The position numbers were made by a program, and so were the translations under genes. A stretch of 64,000 bases of DNA from Chrysomallon squamiferum (taxonomy: Eukaryota; Animalia; Mollusca): positions 9,486,001-9,550,000 of the forward strand of contig CM022670.1 in NCBI GenBank assembly GCA_012295275.1, written 5' to 3'. Under the pieces are notes generated by a model. It worked only from the letters and a program-made list of their open reading frames with translations, had not been told where the DNA came from and did not search any database. Shown one piece after another: positions 28,528 through 42,454 of the stretch. The stretch's first letter is position 1; every line of letters starts with the position of its first letter.

Positions 28528-28616
28528 TTCAAAACTACCGCTTGATTTCCGCTAAGCAAATGTTCTCCAATCACTTGTTTTCAAAATAATTCAACATGTA
28601 CAAGTACGCATGCGTA
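28528..28616 (-). promoter_or_regulatory. HMMR promoter: CDE/CHR tandem, CCAAT box, second CHR, NRF1-like palindrome
   Basis: Minus strand GCGG-TAGT-TTTGAA (28541-28528, canonical 4-nt spacer); CCAAT at 28567-28571; TTTGAA on minus at 28580-28585; TACGCATGCGTA at 28605-28616. Confidence 0.65.
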
Positions 28617-28785
28617 GAATGATATCTACCTGCGGCTCTTTGATGCATCACCCAGAAACGCAGACGTATCTAAAACAATTGTAATTCATGATGGTTTAAA
28701 CAACAACAACAATAGTTTATTCATTTTCTCACTTTTTTAACTTTTAAAATATATTAATAAAAGCTCTTTTATTTATGTATTTAAG

Positions 28786-28823
<38 letters not shown>

Positions 28824-28960
28824 TTAAATCTGTAAAAAAATCAGATGAAACAGTATGATTTAAAACTTGATTTTAATTTTAGTCAGAATCCTGTCTCGGC
28901 TTAAATTATTGAATATTGGCCCTTTTACGTAATAATCGTCTTGTTTGCAGAAATGAATAA

Positions 28961-29009
<49 letters not shown>

Positions 29010-30127
29010 CTAGATGAAATGTGGACACGTTTTAATTTTTTTTTTTTTTTTTTTTTTTTTTCCAGTATAAAATATACCACTCGACTTCTAGGACCAACAT
29101 CTAATGAATAAATATTACACTGTTTTAATCTGGATAGGCATGTACAAACAGCTGATACATAAACCTATACGTTAATCTGTACAGATAACTTCTGGTATTC
29201 CTGACAAAACGATGAATGCAAAATAAGTTCATCACTATGTCAAATAAAGTATTGTCAATTATAATAATTTTAGAATATTGTGTTTAAGAATATTAAAAGG
29301 GTCAATGTGAAAGCTATTTCACAACAATTTGCATTTCAGCCACAAACATGTAGGTTGGAATGAATTATCCTGGAATCATCTTAACCGTTCACGTTTGTGA
29401 GTTTTTGTGTAAGGATAAACTAACTTATATTACGCAACGTGTTTAAAACATTAAGGCTACTTGACATTCAATCAGATTTTTAAAAATTATGAGAAAACTT
29501 CCCACTGACACTAATCATTGAGATTTGATCAAACCGAGAAATGGCATTAACGGAATCTCTAACATAATATAAAATTACGTTCCATAATAATAAAAACCTC
29601 TATATATGCCTGATAATTGTTAACAAAATAAACGTGTTATTCATCCATTTAACAATCCTACACTTTACTTGATAATTAAGTAAAATATTTCTTTCTGGCT
29701 TTTTTTAATTTGCATAAAGCACCACTAAATTCGTTTAAAGCGACCTAATCATTTTCAAAAAGGTAATGTCGAAAAAAAAAAAAAAACAGAGATACCAGCA
29801 CGTAGTCTAATATGTGTGTCTATGTTTATGTGTAATTTATTTATTTATTTTTTGTTATTTATTTTTTTATTAAGACTAATTATAGCATGAGACCTTTCTG
29901 TGAAAAGTAAATCAAGAAACTATTATCTAAATCACACATAACATTTTATGAATAAACATAAAATCTGTTTTATTTTGATATTAAAATATTTCTAAATATA
30001 TTTAAAAAAAAAACGAACAGAAAATGCGATATTATTCAAAAATATCTGAAACAAATATTCCGACCATAGAACAAGAATAAAAAAATACATTTATAATGAT
30101 TGTCGTTCGAAGATCAGTATTAATGAA

Positions 30128-30138
30128 ACCGGAAGTTG
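30128..30138 (+). promoter_or_regulatory. ETS/GABP-type motif in IK promoter
   Basis: ACCGGAAGT ~60 bp upstream of the IK ATG; a typical housekeeping-gene element. Confidence 0.6.
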
Positions 30139-30190
30139 TCAAAATACGTTTTGATGTTAGTGTAGTTTGTTTTGATGACCTGAAACAGAC

Positions 30191-32926
30191 ATGCCTGAAA
30201 GTAAGTTTTGTTTGTTGATTTAATGATTTTATAAGTCATGCTTGGAAATGATGAAGATATATAAATTTCATTATCTGATTAGTATAGATGTTAAAAAGTA
30301 ATAATTTAAGAGAGTATTAATTATCAGTTATTTATTTTATCATCACATCATTCATGATTTTTCATCACTGACAATGAGACATCAGTTATTTGTAATTACT
30401 ACTTAAATTAGTACCACTAGGCACTACCACTACCAGTATCGTGAATAGGTATCGAGCCATACGATTATGACTATCCTCCATTTAAATTTTTCGTTAAAGC
30501 ATACAATTTATACATATTAAGTTAACTGAACACTATCAAAACGGGGGAAAAAAGGAAAAGCTCCTTACTCACTTGCTGAGTTACTCACTGTATTAATTAA
30601 AATGTATACTTAACATTTAATTTCCTGCAGAGGGAGAACCAGAGGTATTTTCTAACCCTCTTCCACCAAGTGATCATTTCAGGAAACCAGACGATGAAGA
30701 CGATGAAAGGTATAATTACTTTTTTTATATATTATTAATTATATATGTAAACTATGTATCTCAAAAAGATGAGTCCTAAACTATTTAGTTATGTCAGGTG
30801 GCCAAAAAGTTTTCAAAATGTTCTTGTTTGGTTACTGTTTATCCCTATGTGTGGCAACAGTTCATAAATATAGTCAGCAAGACAGAAATTCTTTAGATTA
30901 TTTGCCATCAGACTATGATCAGATTCAGGTTTTTGCAGTAGCAAATGGCGAAATCAAGATGACCAAGCATCCCATCAAATTGTACAAGTGCACAGAACTG
31001 CTCGTGTCAGATCTTCAAAACTATTTCTCATCAAAATATGTATCTTGCAGGAAAACATTTTCAGAAATAAAAGGAATTTTTTTTTTACTAATTTTTGTGC
31101 ACCCAAAAAAAAAAGATTTTTATATCTGATATATATGTATATGAAAAATTATGCAGAATCTCTTCTAAATTTAGAAATTCTGAATCTGCTGTTCAATTCT
31201 TTGCTTTTCTATACAAGAAACATTTATAATTTTATTTTTTTAATAATCTATGTGTTTGTGAAATAATGAGAGAGAAAGAGCATTTTGACATACATATTCA
31301 ATTAATTTGTTTGGTTTAATGTTTAATAACTTTTTGTTTTTAGCCATCCTCTTACCAATGAAGATTTTCGTCGGATGTTAATGACGCCAAAGGCATCATC
31401 AGCAGGAGGATATCAATCTACAATTCATGCAGCACTGTAATTTATTTTGATTTTTTTTTTTATATTTTTCAATTTAAAAATAACTTCTGCAGAAATACTT
31501 AACTTAAATGAGATTTTAGAAAAATATTAAATTAATATACTCTTGTCTTGGTTTATTTTTTCAAATACTTATATATAACTATTTTATGGTGATGTAATGC
31601 TAAATTGTCTTTTACTTTAATGTGTAATGTTGACATTTATTTAATCAGATATTAATAGCATTAAAAAACAAAACAGAAAACTTGATTGGTATATGTTATT
31701 CTCCGACACATAAGAGAATATAGTGACAGAGCGTTGAAAGCATAAACAACATGTTTGTGAATATGCTTGTGTGTGAGAAGTTATAAATAGTTTGTTGAAG
31801 AATTTTCTTTGTTTTAATATTTAGAAATGATCATTCCAAGGCAGATGAAGAGGATGATGATCCAGCAACAAGACGACAGAAAAGAAAAGGTATTTCTACA
31901 CAATCGCAGACAAATTGCATTTAATAGTAATCAAATATATTGCTCCTGTTTTCACATTAAATAGAGCTGTCATATGTATGTTCGTTTTTTATAAGAATAA
32001 GCATATACAAATCCTTTGCAGTTATTAGTATTGAAGGAAACATTTTCTTAACCCTGTATCTCTGATGTATTAAATGTTTGATATCCTGATAGCAGAGACA
32101 GAATGTTGGTGTGCTCTACTGTTGTGGGTAGTGAAAAAAAATGAATCTATTTTGAAGTAAGAGAAAGGAAAAATTTTAATAAGAGATTTTGTTAATTGGC
32201 ATTATTTTGGAAAAGTAGAAATAATGAAAATAGTTTTCATGTTATATTTTCATAATGTTAAATATCTGATATTTAGATAAATTGTATTTTTATATCTGTA
32301 GAAAATAAATGAAATGTTTTTTTCTTTCTTATTATAAAATGTTTTGGTGGGTTAACAACAGTGTTTCCATGGAATATTTACTACTTTTTTTTTTTTTTTT
32401 CACAGTTACTATGCTAAACTTAAGAGAATTGAAGAAGAGAGACAGAAAGAACTGCGAGACAAATACAGAGACAGAGTAAGTTAAGACAGCTTTGTAGCTG
32501 TCAACACACTGGATTTACTGTTAACATCTTGTAGTAGTCAATTTTTAATACTTTTTTACATATATTGTAATTACATTTCATTAGATGAAATTTTAATATT
32601 TTTATGCATCATAATGGATTTTAATATGTTTAAAATTATTTCTTGATATTGTAAAGGTTATTTAATTGTTGATTTTTAATTCTTAAAATCTTTTTATCTG
32701 TTCATGTTTAATGTTTTTGACAAATGTTGGTGTAAATCTTTGTTTTGACCTCATGTTGTTGTTGACTGCAGGCACAGGAGAGAAGAGAAGGTCACAACAA
32801 AGATTACGAGGAGACTGAAATTATTAGCACAACTGCAGATTACCGTGCAGTGGCTCCAGATGCAAAGGCGTAAGCAGCCACTTTATAAATATTATTTATA
32901 AATAGTAATCCTGTTCATTATTGTTC

Positions 32927-32970
<44 letters not shown>

Positions 32971-35900
32971 TATATTTTTTTACTTTATTTTTATATTTTG
33001 TATTAATTATTTTCTTGTAATATAAATATTTATGTAGGTATAAAATTTACAAGATATTCTTCTTTTAAGATAGTTTATTTCCTGGAATTACCTTTATTGG
33101 TATAGGGGTAACTTGAGGGTATTCGTTTTATGATACAGTTTCTATCCTAATTAGTCTTTCAAACTTTTTATTTATACAGTAATTTTTATTTCTTTTGATG
33201 AACTAAAAATGTATAGAATAGTGTGTTAGCATTTGATGTGTCGTTATAGGATGAAACAGAGAATATAAACATCTCATTGGTAAAGCAGTGGGTTTTATAA
33301 ACCATTTATTTTTTTATTATTTTGCTTTACCTTTTAATATACTTGGGTAGATTTTTATATATCTGTAAAATGACTTTTAAAAGTAAAGATTTGTTCTTGT
33401 TTATTGAACAAAAGTATTTCATTTGTTGATGTTGATGTTGTTGAATTTTTATATTTCAGGGGAGAGAACTATGCCGAACGTCGAAAACAAGTCATTCAAG
33501 AATCCAAATATCTTGGAGGTGATATGGAACATACTCATTTGGTGAAAGGTCTTGACTATGCCCTACTTGAAAAGGTATTTGTTATTATAGCTAAAAAATT
33601 ATTCTAAACATTTTTCTTATGCTTTATTTAACTGTTCTGTTCAAGAAGATCAATAATTGTTCTAATGAAAATGGCAGTGAAATATTACTAAGTGTCACAG
33701 TGCCAATGCTTAAAGTGTGATATGGGGTTTAGGGGTTTAGAACACAAAGACTAGTACATTTTTAATTGAGATAATAAAATATATGTATTCACTAGATAAA
33801 TAACATCAAAAGGAGAGCAGTTTCAGTTATTTATTTACATACAGAGCATATTTTGTTGTAATATAAAATTAAAAATAAATTCACCTAATAGTTGGACGGT
33901 TTGGTGGAAATGTGAGTTAAAATAATTAAAGATGGAACTGATCATTGAAGAATCAAATTATTATGTTCATATATATATATATATATATATATATTTAAAC
34001 AATAATGACACTGTTTAATGACGGTATCAAAACAACAACAAGGGAGAAGCATTTCTTAACACATTCCATTGCCAGATGGTTGTCAACTGCAGAATCAAAG
34101 AGAAAAGTGTAGCCATTTGGGTGTATACATTTCAAAGCTGTGTTAGTTTGTCACACTAAACTCACCATATCTTGACTGTAACTTTATAATTTAGAAACTG
34201 CCTTTAAAAGTGAAAGTTTGACATTGTGTATTTTCCTGTAAAAGGGTATTATGGATAGTCAAACAGAACTTTAATTACTTGCATATATCACCAGTTGAAG
34301 GCAATTTGTTTGCTGATTATAATTATTAATACATATTTATTATATATCAACTAGATAAACTCAAGATGGCTCATATATAAAAATGGGTATGTTATTAAAA
34401 TAAATTTAATTAGTATACAGTTTCGTAGATTATCAGGTTTTGCATAAACAAAGACGAGATTATCTATCTTTGTCACACTAAGGAAATTGTGTAATATTAA
34501 ATTGTTTTGTAAGGAAGATATTAATATCTCTGAGAGGTATCAAAAATATCTATAGTTTTAAATGTGTTGAATAAGACCATGATCATATTGGCATAATAAC
34601 CCAGAGCAGATTAAATATTATTTTTAAGATTTAACTAAAGAAGAAAGAGTGAAAATTATTAACATAAATATTTCATATCTCAAAAAAAACAAACAGCCCC
34701 CACTAATTAATAAAGTGAGTGTCTTTAAAACAAAATAATTGATACAAAAATAGTTTCCACAGCCAAAAAATTAGAAAAAGTAAATTTCCTTGGCAAATGA
34801 AATTTGTTTTAAAAAAGAAACATGCATTGAAATTTTATATTTCTTTCAAATAAAAATATATTTGTTTCAATCAATGTTAAATATTAACATTTTCTATTGT
34901 GAAAGTTATTCCTTTTAACAGGTGCGTGCAGAAATTGCTTCTAAAGAAATGGAGGATGAGGATGCTATGGAAAAAGCTGTTACTCAAAAAAAGTAAGTTT
35001 CTAATTAGTAAATGATCAGTAATAATAATTTAATTTTGAAAATCCACATTTCAGTATTCTTAAAGTAAATTTTAAATGTTGCTGACAGTAATTTCAGATG
35101 TGATTTTTAAGAAGTAACTTTAGGAATGTTATTCTTTATTTGTGTCTTAAACTTAGTGAAATATATATTGAGAATTAGATGTGTTATTAAAAAGCATTAA
35201 AAAACACTAACCTGAAATTACTAATTTATTAAAATAATTATTTATAACTACAGATTTTATATCTGTTAATTAATTTTTTTTTTCTCTCTTATTTCTTTCA
35301 TTTTCATTTTTTTTTATTAGTATTATTATTATTTTTATTATTATATATATTTTTAATTTGAGGTAAATTACCTGAAACTTGCTTTACTTACATATTGTTA
35401 AAATTTAATTACTTTGAGAATAATTGTGTCTTTGAGTTTTCAAAATTTATGAAATTGTGTAATTATTTATTAATGGGATGTTTTACTTTTAGGGAAGAAG
35501 AAGAAAATCCAGAAGACAAAATACAGTTCAAGACAAAAATGGGTATGTTATACTTTGTTTCTTTTAATATTTAATATTAAAAGAAATCAGTACGAAATCA
35601 TTTGTTTTCAGTGATAAGCAAATGCATAACATTTTTTTTTTTTTTATCTCAAAGTGCATAATAAAAATATAAAAAAAAATGTCTGTACAATGTTTTATAT
35701 TATTATAAACTGATAATTCCAGGTGGAGTAGATTTCATTTACCAGGTAAATGAATTGTTACTAAGTCTCATACTGTCCTTGTTTTGTTTTTTTCATGGTA
35801 TTGCTTAATTTAATAAAAAAAATAATAATATAGATATATAGAAATACTAAATAAATGTAAATGTTTATTGAAATAAAGAAAACTTGTATAAAAATTCCAC

Positions 35901-38900
35901 TATTAAAATTCAACCAAAAAGGAAAGAAATGTACAAAAGAGCAATATAACTGTCATAGAAAATTTATAGTGAGCATTGCCTTTTATTTTGTTTCAGCTAA
36001 AAACATCTACCGGACTTTGTTCAAAGTGAAGCCTCTGGAGAGGAATGAACTCTTCCTGCCTAAAAGAATGGCCTATGTTGTTGACCTGGAAGACGACTTT
36101 GTTGAGTCAGATGTTCCCACTACTCTTATCAGAAGTAAAGCAGACTGTCCAAGTTTAGAGGTACTCACACATCATTTATTTTATTATTATTATTTTTTTT
36201 AAAAGTTATGAAAACTAGAAAAAGAAAATAATGAGAGAAAAAAAACAAGAGAGTAATAGCAGGATACTGAAAATTATTCAGTTAAATCATTCTTTGACAG
36301 CTATAGAAATATATGTATTGTTTTTAAAAAAGTTAGTTTGTTATATTTTAGTATATATGTCTGATTAGATGTTTCCTTTGTTTTGATTTCTAATTTTGCA
36401 TATTTCTTACATTAAAATAAATTAAAATAAAATTAAAAAAGTAATTACATATCTCTGTGAAAGTGCATATATAAAAAGTCACTGTGGTGGCTACACATTT
36501 CTCATTCAGAATGTATTTAGGTAACTGTTAATACTGACCTTTAATAAAACATGTCAGAATTAGAAAATGGGATGTTAAAACATTCATTTGATTGGTTTCA
36601 GGCTACGACAACACTGACAACTAATGACATTGTCATTAACAAACTGACGCAGATTCTGTCATACCTGCGTCAAGGGAAAAGAGAAATCAAGAAAATGAAG
36701 AAAAAAGACAAAGGTTATAGAAATCTGTTTTCATTTCTGTTATTTTAAAACTTTAATTTTCTTGACAGTGTTGCTACTAGATTTTAAATAAAGTTTATTT
36801 AAATGTAGCTTTGATCTGTTATTGTTATTAGATTGAATTGTTTTTTTGGAAAGTTGTTTTCAAGTTACAGTTAATTGATCAGAAGCAACAACACAAATGT
36901 TGAAGTAAATGCAATATGACTTGAATTGTTGTTTTCTATATTTGCTTCAAAGAATGGAATGCTATTTTACTTTTTTAAATAGATATAATTTATTTTAACA
37001 GTAAAGATCAAGGATGATGACAAAATGAAAGAAAAACTAGCTGGAGCTGATGATAAGTACGAACTATAGTTTTTATTTAAATTTTTTTTTTTTCTTAGTT
37101 TTCTAAATAATTATATTCTCATGTCTGATATTATGGAATATATGGTTTATGTTTTCAGAAGTACCCTTAGTTACCAATAATACAGTCTTTTGTAAAATCT
37201 GTTTATTTCATAGTAATTTGATTTTGTTTTCTTCCCATTATTTAACCATTTCTCAAGTGTGGATGTTAAAAACAATTTGCTGATTATATAAGATATTTAT
37301 TTATTTATTTTAATTTTTATTTATTATTATGGGTTTTTTTTAATTTAATTTTTAATTATTGTGGGGGGGTTTTGTATTCAAAGATATGTTACATATAACT
37401 TTTTATAAGCATCTTAAATTTAAAAAATAAAAATTCATATTAAAATTACTTTCAGTGACAGATAACATGGTTAATTTAGAAAAATTTGATGAAAATGCAT
37501 AAACTTAATTGAATACAAAAGCATTACTTCAAGAAAAGAGTGCAAATGATGATATTTATTTTTTATTTAATCTTAATGTAGCATTTATGGAGGCATTGGA
37601 GAGTACATTCCCTCTTTCTCAAAGCAGAAAGAAAAAAAGGAAAAGAAAGACAGAGATAAGGAACGAGATGGTTATCGAGATACACACAGAGATCGTGACA
37701 GGGAAAGGTCTGCATATTTTTGTCATTCCTTGTTTTTTAATAATGTAGATTTTAAATTTTTTCAAAGATACATTCAGTAAGATGATAATATGAACTAATA
37801 TTTTACAGGCTAAAAACAAAAACAGTCTAACTCAAAAGGAATCTCCCAAATAATATGTTTCTTAAAATGACAAAAAACAGTCATTCGTCTTTCTATAAAT
37901 CATTTTATTCATCTTTCTGTAAATTATTTAAAATGTATTTACATTTATCTTTCTATAAATCATTTAAAGTGTATAGTCATTCATCTTTCTGTAAATCATT
38001 TAAAATCTATTGTCAATCCATCCCTCTGTAAATCATTTAGAATGCATTGGCACTCATCTTTCTGTAAATTATTTAAAGTGTATAGTTATTCATCTTTCTG
38101 TAAATCATTTAAAGTGTATTGTGTTTGTCACAGAGATCGTGATTACCGAGATCGACACGACAGACATCGTGATGACCGTGACAAAGAGAGACAGAGGGAC
38201 AGAGATCGTGGCAGATCTGACAGGGATAGAGAGAAGAGAAAATCCTACTTTGAAAAACCAGTGGAAGAGGTAAAATCATGATCGGTTTTTAACAAAATAT
38301 TGTTCATATTGTGGGTTTCACATTCATCACGTTATATGTTTGGGTTTTGTTTTGCTTGTTTTTAATTAAAATATATATTTTTTTACTATATTTATTATAG
38401 AAAATTAGAATGTGAGTGTTCTTAATAATAATAAATGAATTTCAAATTTTAAAACAGACACTGGAGAATAAGATAGTTATTCATATCTCTGTTTTTGACT
38501 TCAAAGGTACTTTTTCTCAGATAAAAATATATTTAATAAATATTTTCATTAATAAAGATTATTTCAGGAAAATGTATTATTAGCATACATTTGAAATCAA
38601 CAGATTTTATAATGGGTTTAAAAGAAGTAGTTTTTTTATTTGATTCATTTATAAAACTTAATTTGTATTTCAGGATGAGATTTCAAAGCCTGCAAACTCT
38701 GCTAAAGATATTGTTAAGAACATCAATGACAGATTCAAAGTAAGTTAAAGATTTTTTTCCAGTTGTAAAAATAAATTTTCATTATGAAATGTTACATCTA
38801 CAATAAAAAGGTTTTTGTTTTTTTGTGTTTGTTTTCTTACAGTACAAGCATTAATTTTAAATTAAAATTGTTCATACAATAGAACACAGATATATGAGGT

Positions 38901-40700
38901 CCACTGTAGAGGAGTAATTAAAGAAATAATGAAATACACATTGTTGTGGGGTATGTTGAGGGGTATATTTAATAAAAAATAATAATTTTTCCAAGATTCT
39001 TCCTTAAAGACACAACTAACTGGCAAGTCATTGAAAATGAAAAGCATGGTATTTTATAATATTAACACTTCTGTGACACATTTGATTTTATTACAGGACT
39101 TTGCAGAATTGGAAGAAGAAAAATTAAAGTAAGTTATATTGGGAGTTATCACATTATGAATATTTTCAAACCATATTTTTTCAGGACGTTTTAAACATTT
39201 ATATATATTTTTCAGGACAGGTTTTGTATACTTTACAGTTTAACATTAATACTTGAATGTTTAAATAATAATAACATTTCCATTATTACCAGATTTGAAG
39301 ATAAATGCAATAAGGGTTTATTATTATTGCTGTTTTAAAATGGGATTTTTGCATGTTCAGTGTATTATATCCTTAACATAGGAAATTTCATATCACATAA
39401 GCATTTTTCAGAAAAAATAAGAAATGGCATTCCTGTAAAATAATTTTTAGAAATAATACATAACTGCTTCCCTGACTTAGCCTAACTAACCTGACAGTGA
39501 TAAATGATTCATCTGTTGATACAAAAATCATTTCATGTTGATAGAAAAGCAGCAAAGATGGAAGAAGACAGGATGAAGAAACTGAAGGCTAAGAGTGAGA
39601 TAGACAGTTATGCTGAATGTTACCCCGGGTAAATATGAAATAACATTTTTGATGCTGTATAATAAAGACAATCAAACCACGTGCAAAGTTTTTACATTTA
39701 TTACATTAATATATAAAACAAATAATTTATCTTATATGGGTCAACAGAATTATTGTTTTGTTTTTGTTAATTTCAGGTTTTAATGTGCTGCTTGTAGAGA
39801 ATGTATATTTTTATGATCTCAGTCTTTGAGCAAATATTTTTGTGACCAAACAACATAACAGTATAATAGATTTTATCATATTAAAAAATAAAATGAGCTA
39901 ATATATTTTTATGATTACAGTAAAAATCTCTTGCCTTTGTTTCTATCTGTCCAGTGTGTTGAAAATAACATTCTCCAAGTTATTTATTGATTTTGGCAGA
40001 GATTTTGGTAGAACAATCAGAATATGAGTGGTAAAATGTTTGAAACTGTTGTGTATTTTGATTCCAGGATGATGGAATCCTTTGATGCATTTGGTGATTC
40101 TGATGATGAAGTTGATTACACAAAGATGGACCAGGGAAATAAAAAAGGACCCATTGGACGTTGGGATTTTGATACACAGGAAGAATACAGTGATTACATG
40201 TCTAATAAAGAAGCACTGCCGAAGTATGTTCAAAATCACTTTTTACTTGTAATTCCTATATTATGGAGTTTATAAGTAGTTTTTATTTTAATCTTTAGAG
40301 TTAATTAAAAAAAATAGAAGTCTTTGTGAAACTTTTATCTTGCTTGTGCAAATATCAGAAATGTGGACATATTCTGTTCATTATAATAATTAATATAAAC
40401 CTATTGATAAACTAAAATTGTTTCACAGTTTTATGACATTGTTAGGAATTTTTGCTTGTAGTAATGTATTAAAGTGAATTCAGTGGTGAACATAAATGTT
40501 AAAATAATTTTTTACATTAAATTTTTTTCAGGGCTGCTTTCCAGTATGGTGTTAAAATGTCTGATGGCCGAAGAACCAGGCGTACTGGACCTAAAGATGA
40601 AAAGTCTAAACTAGATCGAGAATTGCAGCAGATAAACAACATTATTAAAAAGAGAAAAATCACAGGTTTTGAACATGGTGGAAAACAGCCTCGATACTAA
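30191..40700 (+). CDS. IK: Protein RED / IK, spliceosomal B-complex factor, multi-exon with several very short exons
   Basis: MPE-..FSNPLPP, HPLTNEDFRRMLMTP, KYRDRAQERR, QESKYLGGDMEHTHLVKGLDYALL, DVPTTLIRSKADCP, TTNDIVINKLTQILSYLRQG, RD/RE repeat, YAECYPG, DSDDEVDYTKMDQGNKKGPIGRWDFDTQEEYSDYMSNKEALPKAAFQYGVKM and KQPRY*. ATG at 30191, TAA at 40698-40700. Confidence 0.97.
37879..38121. repeat. ~36-bp minisatellite, ~6-7 degenerate copies, in an IK intron
   Basis: Unit ~ATTCATCTTTCTGTAAATCATTTAAAGTGTATAGTC repeated in tandem up to the 3' splice site at 38133. Confidence 0.9.
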
Positions 40701-42454
40701 AAATGGAACTATTTTAACACAAAAAATATGGCAAGAAAAGATTGTTAAATTCAAAATAAAATTTTCCTGAACAATTAATTTTCAGCAAGTTTATTATCTA
40801 AAATGCCAAAGCAAGATTTTATTTAGTAAAATTTTAAAAAAAAAAAGAAAGAAATGAAATATTACTTTTTGTCCAGTTGCTCAATATAAAATATAAAATT
40901 GTGAAAAAAAGGAACTTGTATAACAATTTCAAATAATTCACCTCCCAGAGACTGTTTTATAAGACTTTTTCTCCTACCAGTGAGAAGTGAAACTGAAACT
41001 GACACCAGTACCAGTTTATTTCATTTTTAAAGTGGTCATCACATTGTTTTAATATTAAGAATACATTAATTATCTTTTAGCATTAATTGTAATGATAGCA
41101 TTTTCAGTTCCTTTATTAAATGGACTATTATCTAAAATTACAGCATCATCATTAGCATTATTTATACAGCAGTTCATGTTAAATTTAAAAAAAAAATTTC
41201 ATTTGGCTGCAGAATAGTAAAAATGTCTAAGTTATTAATTGTATGTTTAAATATTCCATAGAAATACAGTTATAACATTTTACAACATCCTTTGTATAGT
41301 TGCATTTGTATATGAAATAAAATGTTTGATGATAAAACAAAATGTTTAAAGTTGTCTAATTTGTTATCAGGTGGTATCTATAGTACTAAAAAAACACCTG
41401 ATTTAAATAATTTGTTTAGCCACAACTGGGAAATACTGCATTCAGTTTCAACTGCAGTTCAGTTTTATTTAACAGTATCTTCTGAAATGCATAGACAACA
41501 AAAGAATATTTATAAAGACATTAAGATTCTTTATTTACAATAGAATATGTACATGACTACAATGTGATAAAAATTTCATTAGAAATAAAAAATATTAATC
41601 AGATGATAAAAATTTAAAAGAAACAATGACCATTCTTAACCAGAATATTTGTTACTAAAGATGCTGCTGCTGCCTAAAGCAAACACCAATTCATTGGTAG
41701 AAGCTGATGCCACATACCCTTGCTGAACAGTAGAAACTAAAAAATTCTGCAAATAAGCTGGAACTAATTAACAATGACTGGATTAATTTATTTTTGGACT
41801 TAAATATTTTTTTTGTTTAACAAGCACCTTTTTACAAAATATTTGGGGAGCACATTTGGCTAATAAATTATCTTTTAATGGATAAAAATATTGGTATGCA
41901 CAATATCAGTTTTAATAATGCTGAGAATTTGGAGACAGTATAAAAGAATATTCCCAAACAGAAAAGAAAAATGACAAGATGGCAGATTTAAAAAAGAAAA
42001 ATAAAGAACACTCAAAAAACTGCCATTTAAAACATTTTTCAGTGTTTCTGGATGAAAAATAAAAAAAAAGAGTAAAGAACAGAGAAACAATGCAATCATA
42101 AAACAGTCTTCAATGAAAATGTCTCTAATTCCTATAAAACACTTTAACATTGCTCATTTGAAAGTTAATCCTATATTAATGAATGCATCTGTTTATGTTT
42201 GTCTGTGTACACATGTCTAATTGATAAATTATATACAGCCAACAAGCAAAGAATTAAAAATGGGGAAAAAAAGAAATTATCAGATACTAGGGTCATCTGT
42301 CTAACACTTGTGGTTGTCTGTCCAAAATAGTCTGACTACTTTGACATGGAAATTAAACTGTCTTTCAAAAGTGAATATAATCCATAGGAATCACTAGCAG
42401 TTGTGTACACGCTAAAAATCTTTGAATGAGATGTTTGATGATAAAACATTATGT

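Noticed and set aside
30248-30372. Possible box C/D snoRNA (ATGATGA...CTGA) in IK intron 1
   Set aside because: No terminal stem or recognisable rRNA guide; such boxes occur often by chance in AT-rich DNA.
37879-38121. 36-bp periodic repeat as a CRISPR-like array
   Set aside because: Units are contiguous and degenerate with no unique spacers, no cas genes are present, and the context is a eukaryotic intron. It is a minisatellite.
39366-39378. ATATCCTTAAC resembling a U12 donor or branch point in an IK intron
   Set aside because: The flanking exons already join in frame through canonical GTAAGT...AG, and the motif sits mid-intron.
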